Origin: Chitinophaga pinensis
Lineage (GTDB): Bacteria > Bacteroidota > Bacteroidia > NS11-12g > UBA9320
Assembly: GCA_945878925.1 (NCBI GenBank)
Contig: CAMDXE010000002.1
Location: 1 to 54,646, forward strand
Reading direction: 5' to 3'
DNA: 54,646 nt
In this document: in pieces, positions 47,012-54,646 of the stretch
Position numbering within the stretch: position 1 is the stretch's first letter
Layout of the letters: the number at the start of each line of letters is the position of its first letter
The notes under the pieces: generated by a model
The model's input: the letters and a program-made list of their open reading frames with translations, nothing else
Database searches by the model: none
What the model was told of the DNA's origin: nothing
Translations under genes and position numbers: made by a program

Positions 47012-48409
47012 TTAGGACTTAGTCGGCAAAACTATTTTTATCCGTTCGTCCTGCTTTATTGCACCATAGCCTCCATAAACATTGTATACTTTATGGTATC
47101 CATTGGCTTTTAAAAGTGAACAAGCAATAACTGAGCGATAGCCGCCGCCACAATAAATATAAACGTCCTTATCCTTATCAATTTTATCGAAGTGATCGGG
47201 TAAAGTTGCTAAAGTAAGAAACTCTGTTTCCTCAACATGGCCTTGATCGTATTCGGATGCTTTGCGAACGTCTAAAACGCCAGAGTTTTTTCCATGCTTT
47301 TGTTCAAGATATAATTCTTCGGTATCAACCGATATAAGCATGTCCGATCTATTTCCGGCACTTGGCCAAGTGTCGTATCCACCTTCGAGGAAGCCTGCAA
47401 TATTATCGAATCCTACTCGAGCCAAGCGCGTAACGCTTTCTTTTTCTTGGCCAATATCGCATATCAATATGATTTTTCGGTCGAGTTCGAACAAGGTGGC
47501 TGCCCAAATTGCAAATTGTCCGTTTAACCCAATGTTAATAGAGCTTGGCACAAATCCATTTTCAAAAACAAGGGGATCTCGACTATCAATTATCAAAGCG
47601 CCTTCAGATTTTAGGGTTTCGAATGCTTCTAAATTCAGCGATTTTAATCCATGCATCTCAATGCTCGACATGCTGGTATAGCCTTGTTTATTAAGCTTTG
47701 CATCTTTAAAAAAATAATCGGGTGGGGCCGAAATGCCTTCGGTAACTTGGGCAATAAATTCGCTTTTGGACAATTCGGCCATGGCGTAATTGGTAGATTT
47801 TTGAATTCCAATGGTGCTAAAGGTTTCCTTTCCAAGACTTTTGCCGCAGGCCGAACCTGGCCCATGTGCGGGATAAACCAACACCGAATCGGCCAAAGGT
47901 TTAAGTTTAGTATTTAAGGAATCGTAAAGCCAAGCGGCCATTATTTCGGAATTTAAATCCGGATTGCCGTCCAATAAATCGGGGCGCCCAACGTCGCCAA
48001 CAAATAAGGTATCGCCTGTAAAAACGCAATGATCGTGGCCGTTTTCGTCTTTTAATAAATAACAGGTGCTTTCGGGTGTATGGCCTGGCGTGTGAAGGGC
48101 CGTAATGGTAATGTTGCCAAGTTTAAAAATTTGCCCATCGGTGGCTATTTGCGCCTCAAAACCGGTTTCGGCCTTTGGTCCATATATAATAGGTGCGCCA
48201 GTGGCATGCGATAAGTCGATATGGCCCGAAACAAAATCGGCATGAAAATGAGTTTCGAAAATATACTTAATGGTATGTCCGCTTAAATTAGCTTTGTCAA
48301 TATAGGTTTGGTAATCTCGGATGGGATCAATAATGGCAATTTCGCCATTGCTCTCGATGTAATAGGCCGATTGAGCCAAACAACTGGTGTAAATTTGTTC
48401 AATTTTCAT
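47012..48409 (-). CDS. MBL-fold persulfide dioxygenase-like domain fused to two rhodanese domains (CstB-like architecture)
   Basis: 465 aa. The N-terminal metallo-beta-lactamase motif is ETHFHADFVSGH, with HTPGHTPES and a later GD.LF. Two rhodanese-like modules follow. The last has the active-site loop YCGGGYRS; the middle one (ICDIGQEKES) looks non-canonical. Confidence 0.85.
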   Translation of the reverse strand: MKIEQIYTSCLAQSAYYIESNGEIAIIDPIRDYQTYIDKANLSGHTIKYIFETHFHADFVSGHIDLSHATGAPIIYGPKAETGFEAQIATDGQIFKLGNITITALHTPGHTPESTCYLLKDENGHDHCVFTGDTLFVGDVGRPDLLDGNPDLNSEIMAAWLYDSLNTKLKPLADSVLVYPAHGPGSACGKSLGKETFSTIGIQKSTNYAMAELSKSEFIAQVTEGISAPPDYFFKDAKLNKQGYTSMSSIEMHGLKSLNLEAFETLKSEGALIIDSRDPLVFENGFVPSSINIGLNGQFAIWAATLFELDRKIILICDIGQEKESVTRLARVGFDNIAGFLEGGYDTWPSAGNRSDMLISVDTEELYLEQKHGKNSGVLDVRKASEYDQGHVEETEFLTLATLPDHFDKIDKDKDVYIYCGGGYRSVIACSLLKANGYHKVYNVYGGYGAIKQDERIKIVLPTKS

Positions 48410-48475
48410 CGGCGATTCTCCTCCTTAATTTTTTGAATGGTTTTGTTTTATGGTTTTTGAACAGTGTGGTTTTAT

Positions 48476-48727
48476 TTAGCCTTTCTGAATGGTAAATTCA
48501 AAAAATTCCATAATTGGATTGGCTAATAATTTTCGGCATGCTTCTTCTGTTTTTAGATTGGCTTCAGCTTCATCGAGCGCCTCTATTTCAAGGGTTATAT
48601 GTTTGCCAACTCTTACATTGTGTACTTGCGGCAATCCGATGGCGGCCATACTTCCAGTAACGGCCTTGCCTTGAGGATCCAACAAATTTTTGTGGGGCAT
48701 TACATTTATTTCGGCTATAAATTTCAT
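48476..48727 (-). CDS. purS: phosphoribosylformylglycinamidine synthase subunit PurS
   Basis: 83 aa. The sequence MKFIAEINVMPHKNLLDPQGKAV...VRVGKHITLEIEA...A...C.KLLANP..E.F.F matches the PurS pattern. Confidence 0.9.
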   Translation of the reverse strand: MKFIAEINVMPHKNLLDPQGKAVTGSMAAIGLPQVHNVRVGKHITLEIEALDEAEANLKTEEACRKLLANPIMEFFEFTIQKG

Positions 48728-48744
48728 AGATAATTAACGATGTG

Positions 48745-48752
48745 CAAAAATA
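48745..48752 (-). promoter_or_regulatory. putative -7 box (TATTTTTG on minus strand) for purS
   Basis: The forward sequence CAAAAATA is TAnnTTTG on the minus strand, 17 nt upstream of the ATG at 48727. Confidence 0.3.
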
Positions 48753-48993
48753 CAACAATGAATGAAAAACTTTCTTAATGTTTTAAATCCAAGTTGTAGA
48801 GGTGGCTTAATGTGTTATTCGAGAATTAACAAGCATCAACATTACTATCAACAGATGCAATAGTTTAGGGATTGAGTACTGCCAGTTGGGCATGATAGAA
48901 GGTGAGCAAAAATGAAACGCCCTAAAGCCACAAAATGTTCTTAGGTAAATAAAAGCTGATCCTTTTTGGTATCTCGTTTTATGCTTAGGCATG

Positions 48994-49458
48994 CTATTCG
49001 CCGGCTTGTTCTAAGATTGATTCGAGAAGCTTCTTGTTATATCTAAAATTTGTGTTTTGTATTCTTTCTATTATTGGTCTAATGACCTTTACAATTCCCT
49101 CCTGTTTTGCTCTTAGAATTAAACCAAAGGTTCCAGAATACCTTAAATCCAATTCGCTCGCTATTTTCCTGCCTTTCAAGTCATCGATAAGAAGTATTGA
49201 ATTTGGAATTTCCAATGCTAAAATTATAGCACTCGCTTCTCCTCTATCAATTTCTCGTTCCAAAAGTTTTTGATAATGTTTGTCAATGGGATCTTTAATC
49301 TTAATCCAATCAGGCAAACTTTTACCAAACTCAAGATTAATCTCGGGAGTTATAAAAACATCCTTCCCCATTTTTCGAAGCAAATCCAATTCATCGATCT
49401 TGGTTAGCAATATCAAACAACTCGTGTCTGAAATAATTATTTCAGAATTGAGTGGCAT
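48994..49458 (-). CDS. DUF3368-domain PIN-like nuclease (putative toxin)
   Basis: 154 aa. The motifs ISDTSCLILLTKIDELDLL, DRGEASAIILALE, LLIDDLKGRKIA and GTFGLILRAKQEGI fit the DUF3368 / COG2405 PIN-like family. The start overlaps the upstream UPF0175 gene by 17 nt. Confidence 0.8.
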   Translation of the reverse strand: MPLNSEIIISDTSCLILLTKIDELDLLRKMGKDVFITPEINLEFGKSLPDWIKIKDPIDKHYQKLLEREIDRGEASAIILALEIPNSILLIDDLKGRKIASELDLRYSGTFGLILRAKQEGIVKVIRPIIERIQNTNFRYNKKLLESILEQAGE

Positions 49459-49669
49459 CTCTTATTACCTCTGAAGGAGGGTAGTTGACCAATGAAACGT
49501 CATAGTCTGCTAGAATCTCAGAAAAGGCAACTTTTGACAGACCTGCTAATTCTGCAGCCTGACCCAATGAAAGCTTCCCTAATTCATACATTTTTGCTGC
49601 TAGAAATCTCTTAGTCTCATTTTCATTGAGATTTAGGTTGTCAGGAACCGTTAAGGTCAGGTGTTTCAT
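49442..49669 (-). CDS. UPF0175-family protein (putative antitoxin)
   Basis: 75 aa. The motif AAKMYELGKLSLGQAAELAGLSKVAFSEILADYDVSLVNY fits the HTH-like UPF0175 / COG2886 pattern. It lies upstream of, and overlaps, the DUF3368 gene. Confidence 0.75.
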   Translation of the reverse strand: MKHLTLTVPDNLNLNENETKRFLAAKMYELGKLSLGQAAELAGLSKVAFSEILADYDVSLVNYPPSEVIRDATQF

Positions 49670-49673
49670 AATT

Positions 49674-49681
49674 CAAATTTA
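49674..49681 (-). promoter_or_regulatory. putative -7 box (TAAATTTG on minus strand) for the TA operon, implying a (near-)leaderless transcript
   Basis: The forward sequence CAAATTTA is TAnnTTTG on the minus strand, only 4 nt upstream of the ATG at 49669. Confidence 0.3.
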
Positions 49682-49740
49682 TAAAAAAAAAATTAAAAGT
49701 TTCCCGTTGATACGAGTTTATCCTAATGCATATTTATAAA

Positions 49741-50484
49741 TTAGGACGTTGCAGTCTTAGTTTTTTCATTAACCAAAAGTGAAACCAATACATAAGCCAA
49801 AATGATTAAGGGCAACCCTTGAAACCTAAAGCCAATAAAAATGGCAAGCCCGAGGCCTAAAACCAGGTAACGACCTAGATTTTCTTTCAAACCATAGGTC
49901 TTAAATTTTAGGGCTAGAAGCGGCAATTCGGAAACCATTAATAAACAAAGTATCATAATTAAACCAAGTACAACCCATGGATTAATTAAAAAGGCCAAGG
50001 GCCCATGGCAATCGATAAAAAGCAGCGACGCCACAATCATCCCAACACTAGGCACGGGCAAGCCTAAAAAAGAATTGTGCTGACGGGTATCGAGGTTGAA
50101 TTTTGCCAAGCGAATACAGGCAAAGATGCCAATAAATAGGCCCGCAAAACTATACAAATAATTTCCTGCTAGATTATAACTTATGATTATAAACGAGGGC
50201 GCTACCCCAAAACTAACCAAATCGGCCAAGCTGTCCAATTGCTTGCCCAATTCGGAATATACATTTAACAGCCGAGCCGCAAGGCCATCCAAAAAATCGA
50301 GCACGGCCGCTGCAAAAATGAGCAACGAAGGGGCTAAATAGTGCCAATCTTTTGAAGCCTCTATTTTAAAATTTGGACTAATATTAACCGAACTATTAGC
50401 TGCAGCCATATAGCAAGCCAGCATACCGCAGGTTAAGTTGCCAAGGGTGATGCCATTTGGAATCCATTTTAGTATTCGTATCAC
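49741..50484 (-). CDS. pssA: CDP-diacylglycerol--serine O-phosphatidyltransferase (CDP-alcohol phosphatidyltransferase family)
   Basis: 247-aa polytopic membrane protein. It has the CDP-alcohol phosphatidyltransferase motif DFLDGLAARLLNVYSELGKQLDSLADLVSF (DGx2ARx8Gx3Dx3D). The size and layout are typical of bacterial type-II Pss. Confidence 0.8.
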   Translation of the reverse strand: MIRILKWIPNGITLGNLTCGMLACYMAAANSSVNISPNFKIEASKDWHYLAPSLLIFAAAVLDFLDGLAARLLNVYSELGKQLDSLADLVSFGVAPSFIIISYNLAGNYLYSFAGLFIGIFACIRLAKFNLDTRQHNSFLGLPVPSVGMIVASLLFIDCHGPLAFLINPWVVLGLIMILCLLMVSELPLLALKFKTYGLKENLGRYLVLGLGLAIFIGFRFQGLPLIILAYVLVSLLVNEKTKTATS

Positions 50485-50666
50485 GTTTAGGTTTTAAAAT
50501 TACGAATTACGGTTGAGCCATTAGCATTTCCAAATTATTGCCGATGAAACGAACATCTATTTATGCACCAAAGCCAATCTTTAGAGGAGCTTTAGGCGAT
50601 TTTATTTTTTAATCAGATTATAGCTATCAATTATCTAAATGAACTCGGGAATGACAAAATAAAAAA

Positions 50667-50674
50667 TAATTTTG
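50667..50674 (+). promoter_or_regulatory. putative -7 box (TAATTTTG) for the TonB-dependent receptor operon
   Basis: It matches TAnnTTTG, 19 nt upstream of the ATG at 50694. Confidence 0.3.
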
Positions 50675-50693
50675 CAGCTTCAAACTATAGCAG

Positions 50694-53060
50694 ATGATAA
50701 AAGCAGCATTTACAGGGTTAGTATTGTTTTTTTCGCATTTTATTTTTGCTCAAAATTATACCATTAGCGGACGCATAACCGACCTTAAATCGGGCGAAGA
50801 TTTAACAGGAGCAACGGTTATTATTGCCCAAACTAATTACGGGGTGGCTACCAATTCTTATGGCTTTTATTCATTAAGTGTACCTAAAGGGACGTATAAA
50901 ATTTTGATTCGCTTTGTAGGTTACGAGGAAATTGAAAAAGTAATACTTCTTACCAAAAACGTAACATTAAATATTGAACTCAGCGAAAAAATTAAGGATA
51001 TTGATGAGGTATTGATAAGTGCAAAGGCAGAAGAATCGAAAGTTGAGAACAAACAAATCAATCTTATAAAACTCGATATGCAAACGGTGCGACGCATTCC
51101 GGTTGTATTTGGTGAAGTAGATATTTTAAAAACCGTCACCATGTTGCCAGGTATTATTAGTGCAGGCGAAGGCAATTCGGGTTTTAGTGTAAGAGGGGGC
51201 ACCCAAGATCAAAATTTAATTTTATTGGATGAGGCTACCGTTTACAATGTCTCGCACCTTCTCGGTTTTTTTTCGGTGTTTAATGGCGATGCCATTCGCG
51301 ACTTGGACGTATATAAAGGGGGCATACCGCCACAATATGGAGGAAGATTGTCGTCGTTGATAGATATACGCATGAAAGAAGGCAATGCCAAAAAATTTGC
51401 AGGAACCGGAGGATTAGGTTTATTGTCGAGCCGATTGACATTGGAGGGACCCATTGTTAAAAAAAAGGCCTCCTTCATTGTTTCGGGGCGACGATCGTAT
51501 GCCGATGTGTTTTTGCCATTGGCGCCAAATGAAGATGCTAAAAATAGCCAATTGTATTTTTATGATTTAAATGCTAAACTTAATTATAAACTTAGCGATA
51601 AGGATAAATTATTTATATCGGGCTATTTTGGACGCGATAAGTTTAAGTTTACCACCTTATTTGGCAACAGTTGGGGCAATAAAACTGCTACCGTGCGATG
51701 GAACCATTTGTTTAATTCAAAATTATTTAGCAACCAAACGCTCATATACAGCGACTTCGATTATTATTTTAAATTCAATATATCAGAATCTAATAATTTG
51801 GAGTTTACCCAAGGCATTGCCGACCTGAGCTTTAAATCAGATTATGCATGGTTTTATAATCCTTATCATAAGCTGAATTTTGGTGCTACAATTACGCATC
51901 ACACCTTTAAACCTGGCGAGATAAAACCAATAGGCGATCAATCAATACTCAAAGAACCCATTCTATTAGACCACCGAAAAGCTTTAGAATCGGCTCTGTA
52001 TGCCGAACATGAGTATAAAATAAATACCCGTTTTAAGCTGAGGTATGGATTGAGGTACTCCATTTTTAATAATTTGGGATCGGCCAAAGAATATAAGTTT
52101 GCTTACGATAGCATTGGGGCAGCGCCAAAAGTTGTAGATACCCTAAGGTTCAAAGAAAATTCAATATTCAACACCTACTCGGGTTTCGAGCCCAGGGCAA
52201 GCTTGAGTTATAACCTGTCGAAGACAAATGCCATAAAAGCGTCTTTTAGTCGCACATTTCAATATTTGCAACAAGCATCCAATAGCGCTTTTGCCTTGCC
52301 TATCGACCAATGGGTGCCAGCAAACATCGACCTAAAACCTCAAATTGGAGAGCAAATAGCAATTGGGATATTTAAAAATTTTGATATTGGCCTCGAAACC
52401 TCTGTAGAACTGTATTATAAATGGATGAAAAATCAAGTTGATTTTAGAGACAATGCCGTTTTATTTTTAAATGATCAAATTTATGGCGAACTCTTAACAG
52501 GAAAAGGGTGGAGTTATGGGTCTGAATTTTTTATCAAAAAAACCAAAGGAAAACTAAAAGGATTTGTAAGCTATACCTTATCCAAATCGATGCGGCAAAT
52601 CGAAGGGATTAATCAAAATAATCCGTATCCAACCAATACCGATAGGCGGCATAATTTATCCATAGCCTCAAGCTACGATTTAAGCAAAAAATGGGATTTT
52701 AACGTAAACTTTATATTAGCGTCGGGCAATCCTATTACATTTCCGCAAGGCCGATGGCAATATGACGATAAGTTAATTACAATGTATGGTCCTCGCAATA
52801 GTCAGCGTTTCCCGATTTATCATCGAATGGATGTTGGGGCTAATTATTACCCGAATAAACGAAAAAAGGGCCGACTCGAAAATTCTTGGAATTTTTCGGT
52901 TTATAATGTATATGGTCAAAAAAATGCCTATTCGATAACAACAGGAACACGAAAAATTAAGGATGCCGATGGTAAACAAATTGATACCGGCATTCCCATA
53001 ACCGAACAAATTGCTTTATTTAGATGGATGCCCTCCATAACATGGAATTTTAAATTTTAA
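50694..53060 (+). CDS. TonB-dependent receptor with N-terminal carboxypeptidase-regulatory-like domain
   Basis: 788 aa with a signal peptide (..FFSHFIFAQ). A CarbopepD_reg-like module (YTISGRITDLKSGEDLTGATVII..GFYSLSVPKGTYKILIRFVGYE) leads to a plug region (GE.DILKTVTMLPGI..GNSGFSVRGG). A long beta-barrel ends in ...ITWNFKF. Confidence 0.85.
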   Translation: MIKAAFTGLVLFFSHFIFAQNYTISGRITDLKSGEDLTGATVIIAQTNYGVATNSYGFYSLSVPKGTYKILIRFVGYEEIEKVILLTKNVTLNIELSEKIKDIDEVLISAKAEESKVENKQINLIKLDMQTVRRIPVVFGEVDILKTVTMLPGIISAGEGNSGFSVRGGTQDQNLILLDEATVYNVSHLLGFFSVFNGDAIRDLDVYKGGIPPQYGGRLSSLIDIRMKEGNAKKFAGTGGLGLLSSRLTLEGPIVKKKASFIVSGRRSYADVFLPLAPNEDAKNSQLYFYDLNAKLNYKLSDKDKLFISGYFGRDKFKFTTLFGNSWGNKTATVRWNHLFNSKLFSNQTLIYSDFDYYFKFNISESNNLEFTQGIADLSFKSDYAWFYNPYHKLNFGATITHHTFKPGEIKPIGDQSILKEPILLDHRKALESALYAEHEYKINTRFKLRYGLRYSIFNNLGSAKEYKFAYDSIGAAPKVVDTLRFKENSIFNTYSGFEPRASLSYNLSKTNAIKASFSRTFQYLQQASNSAFALPIDQWVPANIDLKPQIGEQIAIGIFKNFDIGLETSVELYYKWMKNQVDFRDNAVLFLNDQIYGELLTGKGWSYGSEFFIKKTKGKLKGFVSYTLSKSMRQIEGINQNNPYPTNTDRRHNLSIASSYDLSKKWDFNVNFILASGNPITFPQGRWQYDDKLITMYGPRNSQRFPIYHRMDVGANYYPNKRKKGRLENSWNFSVYNVYGQKNAYSITTGTRKIKDADGKQIDTGIPITEQIALFRWMPSITWNFKF

Positions 53061-53070
53061 AACGCAGACG

Positions 53071-53868
53071 ATGAAAAAAATAAATAACTTGATTTTTGTT
53101 TTAACGTGTTTGGCTTTATTTTCTTGCCGCGACGAGGTAATCCTGAACTTAAATACCATAGGTGCCGTTTTGGTGGTCGAAAGCAATATTAGCAACGATA
53201 GCGTTCCGTTTAAGGTAAAGCTAACAACTTCGGCCGATTACTATTCCTTAACTATTCCCACAATTGCCGATGCACAGGTTACAATTATGAGCAGCGATGG
53301 AAACTTGGATACTTTATTTCACGATTCGGCTGGCTTGTTTTATTCAAAGGCAATCCATCCATGTAAAATAGGTATTGGCTATACTTTAAATATTAAATAC
53401 AATGGCAAAACATATTCGGCAAGTGAACAATGCCGCCCCCAAAACCCAATTGATTCGCTAAAAATGGTAAACATGCCCAAGCGAGGGTTTTTTCCAGCAG
53501 GATTGTATTTATGGGAATGGGCTCAAGAAAAACCGGGCATTGGCGATAGCTATCAATGGAATATTTATAAAAACGACACCCTTCTTAATAAAGAGTTTTA
53601 CTTTATAAACGACGATAAATTGGCAGATGGGTATTACTGGGCGTCCGATTTTCCTTTTCTGTTTAAAGTTGGCGACAAAATAATATTCGAACAAATGGCC
53701 ATTTCTCAACCGTTTTTTAATTTTTTAACGGCCGTTCAAAGCCAGATAAACAGAGATGGAAGCCCTTTTTCTTCACCACCTTCAAATATTAATGGAAATA
53801 TTAGTGGCGGTGCTTTGGGTTTTTTTGCGGTTCGTAATACCATCCGTAAAAAACTTACGGTAAAATAA
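53071..53868 (+). CDS. DUF4249-like lipoprotein partner of the TonB-dependent receptor
   Basis: 265 aa with a lipoprotein signal (LTCLALFSC), starting 10 nt after the receptor stop. The size, the C-terminal ..GGALGFFAV.. motif and the position after a CarbopepD_reg-type receptor fit DUF4249. Confidence 0.6.
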   Translation: MKKINNLIFVLTCLALFSCRDEVILNLNTIGAVLVVESNISNDSVPFKVKLTTSADYYSLTIPTIADAQVTIMSSDGNLDTLFHDSAGLFYSKAIHPCKIGIGYTLNIKYNGKTYSASEQCRPQNPIDSLKMVNMPKRGFFPAGLYLWEWAQEKPGIGDSYQWNIYKNDTLLNKEFYFINDDKLADGYYWASDFPFLFKVGDKIIFEQMAISQPFFNFLTAVQSQINRDGSPFSSPPSNINGNISGGALGFFAVRNTIRKKLTVK

Positions 53869-53927
53869 GAATAATTCGTTGACTAAAAATAAAATAGCCC
53901 TTCAAAATATCTGAGTTTAGCAATATC

Positions 53928-54646
53928 ATGCCTAATAGAATTCTTGTTATTTCCATATTCACCTTAATCATGCTTTTGATGGATTGGTATCTTTATAGTG
54001 GATATAAGGTGATAATTAAATCGGCGCTGCCTCAAACACAGCGGTTCTTAAAAATAGGATTTTGGGGATTAACTTTGCTAAATGTGGGATTGCTAATACT
54101 GTTTCACTCCCTTCCGGCCAAGGCCTATTGGGGCCTAAAAGTTGGCCTAGCCACGTTTTTGTTTGCTCAATATTTTAGCAAAATTATTTGGCTTTTATTT
54201 TTAGTTATGGACGATTTAATTCGTTTAGTCAAATGGGTTTATAGCCTATTTACTTCCTCGTCTGCCTCAGTAAAAGGAGAGCCAATTAGCCGCCATTCAT
54301 TTATTGTAAAGGCAGGAATGTTGGCCGGTACAGGAATGATTGCGGCCTTAAGTTGGGGTATTGTTAAAGGGGCCTATGATTATCGCGTGAAACGACGACG
54401 TATAGTTTTAAAAAATCTGCCATCTTCATTCGATGGATTCAAGATCGTTCAAATAAGCGACATACATTCTGGATCGTTTTGGGATACCAAGGCCGTAATG
54501 AAAGGGGTAGAATTAATACAAGAACAAAACGCAGATGTAATTTTTTTTACCGGCGATTTGGTCAACAATCAAGCCAGTGAAATGGAGCCCTATATGGAGG
54601 TATTCAATAAATTAAAGGCGCCACATGGCGTGTTTAGTATTTTTGG
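53928..54646 (+). CDS. membrane-anchored metallophosphoesterase (YkuE-like), 3'-truncated by the window edge
   Basis: This ORF is absent from the ORF track because it has no stop in the window. I translated it by hand from ATG 53928: MPNRILVISIFTLIMLLMDWYLYSG.... Several TM helices are followed by calcineurin-like motifs (KIVQISDIHSG, VIFFTGDLVNN). The frame stays open to 54646. Confidence 0.75.
   Translation, partial: MPNRILVISIFTLIMLLMDWYLYSGYKVIIKSALPQTQRFLKIGFWGLTLLNVGLLILFHSLPAKAYWGLKVGLATFLFAQYFSKIIWLLFLVMDDLIRLVKWVYSLFTSSSASVKGEPISRHSFIVKAGMLAGTGMIAALSWGIVKGAYDYRVKRRRIVLKNLPSSFDGFKIVQISDIHSGSFWDTKAVMKGVELIQEQNADVIFFTGDLVNNQASEMEPYMEVFNKLKAPHGVFSIF

Noticed and set aside
48807-48992. 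The 61-aa ORF abutting the DUF3368 toxin stop was considered as a firm CDS.
   Set aside because: It has no recognisable family and an odd composition, and it sits in an otherwise non-coding spacer. It is mentioned under the TA finding but not annotated as a feature.

Overview
This is a 54.6-kb AT-rich chromosomal segment that reads as Bacteroidota; I cannot name the species. It uses the standard genetic code, with TGA as a stop. TAnnTTTG -7 promoter boxes lie 4-25 nt upstream of many start codons. Other lineage markers are a type-III glutamine synthetase, a TonB-dependent receptor + DUF4249 pair and a Bacteroidota-type CcmD.

Four very large PKD/Ig-repeat surface proteins (121-3876, 10154-14809, 17543-22567, 37662-46025) each end in a T9SS type-B (gliding-motility-associated) C-terminal sorting domain (CTD). 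Together they occupy about 40% of the window. A fifth, decayed type-B CTD fragment lies at 32735-32959.

Ordinary genes sit between them:
- a System I cytochrome c maturation cluster ccmC-D-E-F, with a CxxxY-type CcmE and no ccmAB/GH in view
- an orphan radical SAM/SPASM gene and a DUF2520 Rossmann protein
- a long PlsC-family acyltransferase and a DUF1566 lipoprotein
- glnN (GSIII), a YfhO-like membrane protein and holB
- a translationally coupled TPR-DUF4292-degenerate LytM (EnvC-like) operon
- an ORF6N gene, uvrB and an uncharacterised outer-membrane beta-barrel
- sucD, a persulfide-dioxygenase/rhodanese fusion and purS
- a UPF0175/DUF3368 (PIN-like) toxin-antitoxin pair and pssA
- a TonB-dependent receptor + DUF4249 pair and a 3'-truncated metallophosphoesterase

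I found no rRNA, tRNA, CRISPR array, IS element, transposase or integrase.

I do not see an unambiguous novel multi-gene system. The best candidates for follow-up are:
1. The uncharacterised beta-barrel encoded directly upstream of the 2787-aa giant, as a possible dedicated partner of a type-B T9SS cargo. No PorP/SprF-like gene is visible next to any of the four cargos.
2. The co-directional block giant-lipoprotein-acyltransferase-giant-small ORF at 9903-22567.
3. The small accessory scars: the dead CTD + ORF6N, and the TA module with an abutting third small ORF.

All family assignments come from motif recognition by eye and need HMM or BLAST confirmation.
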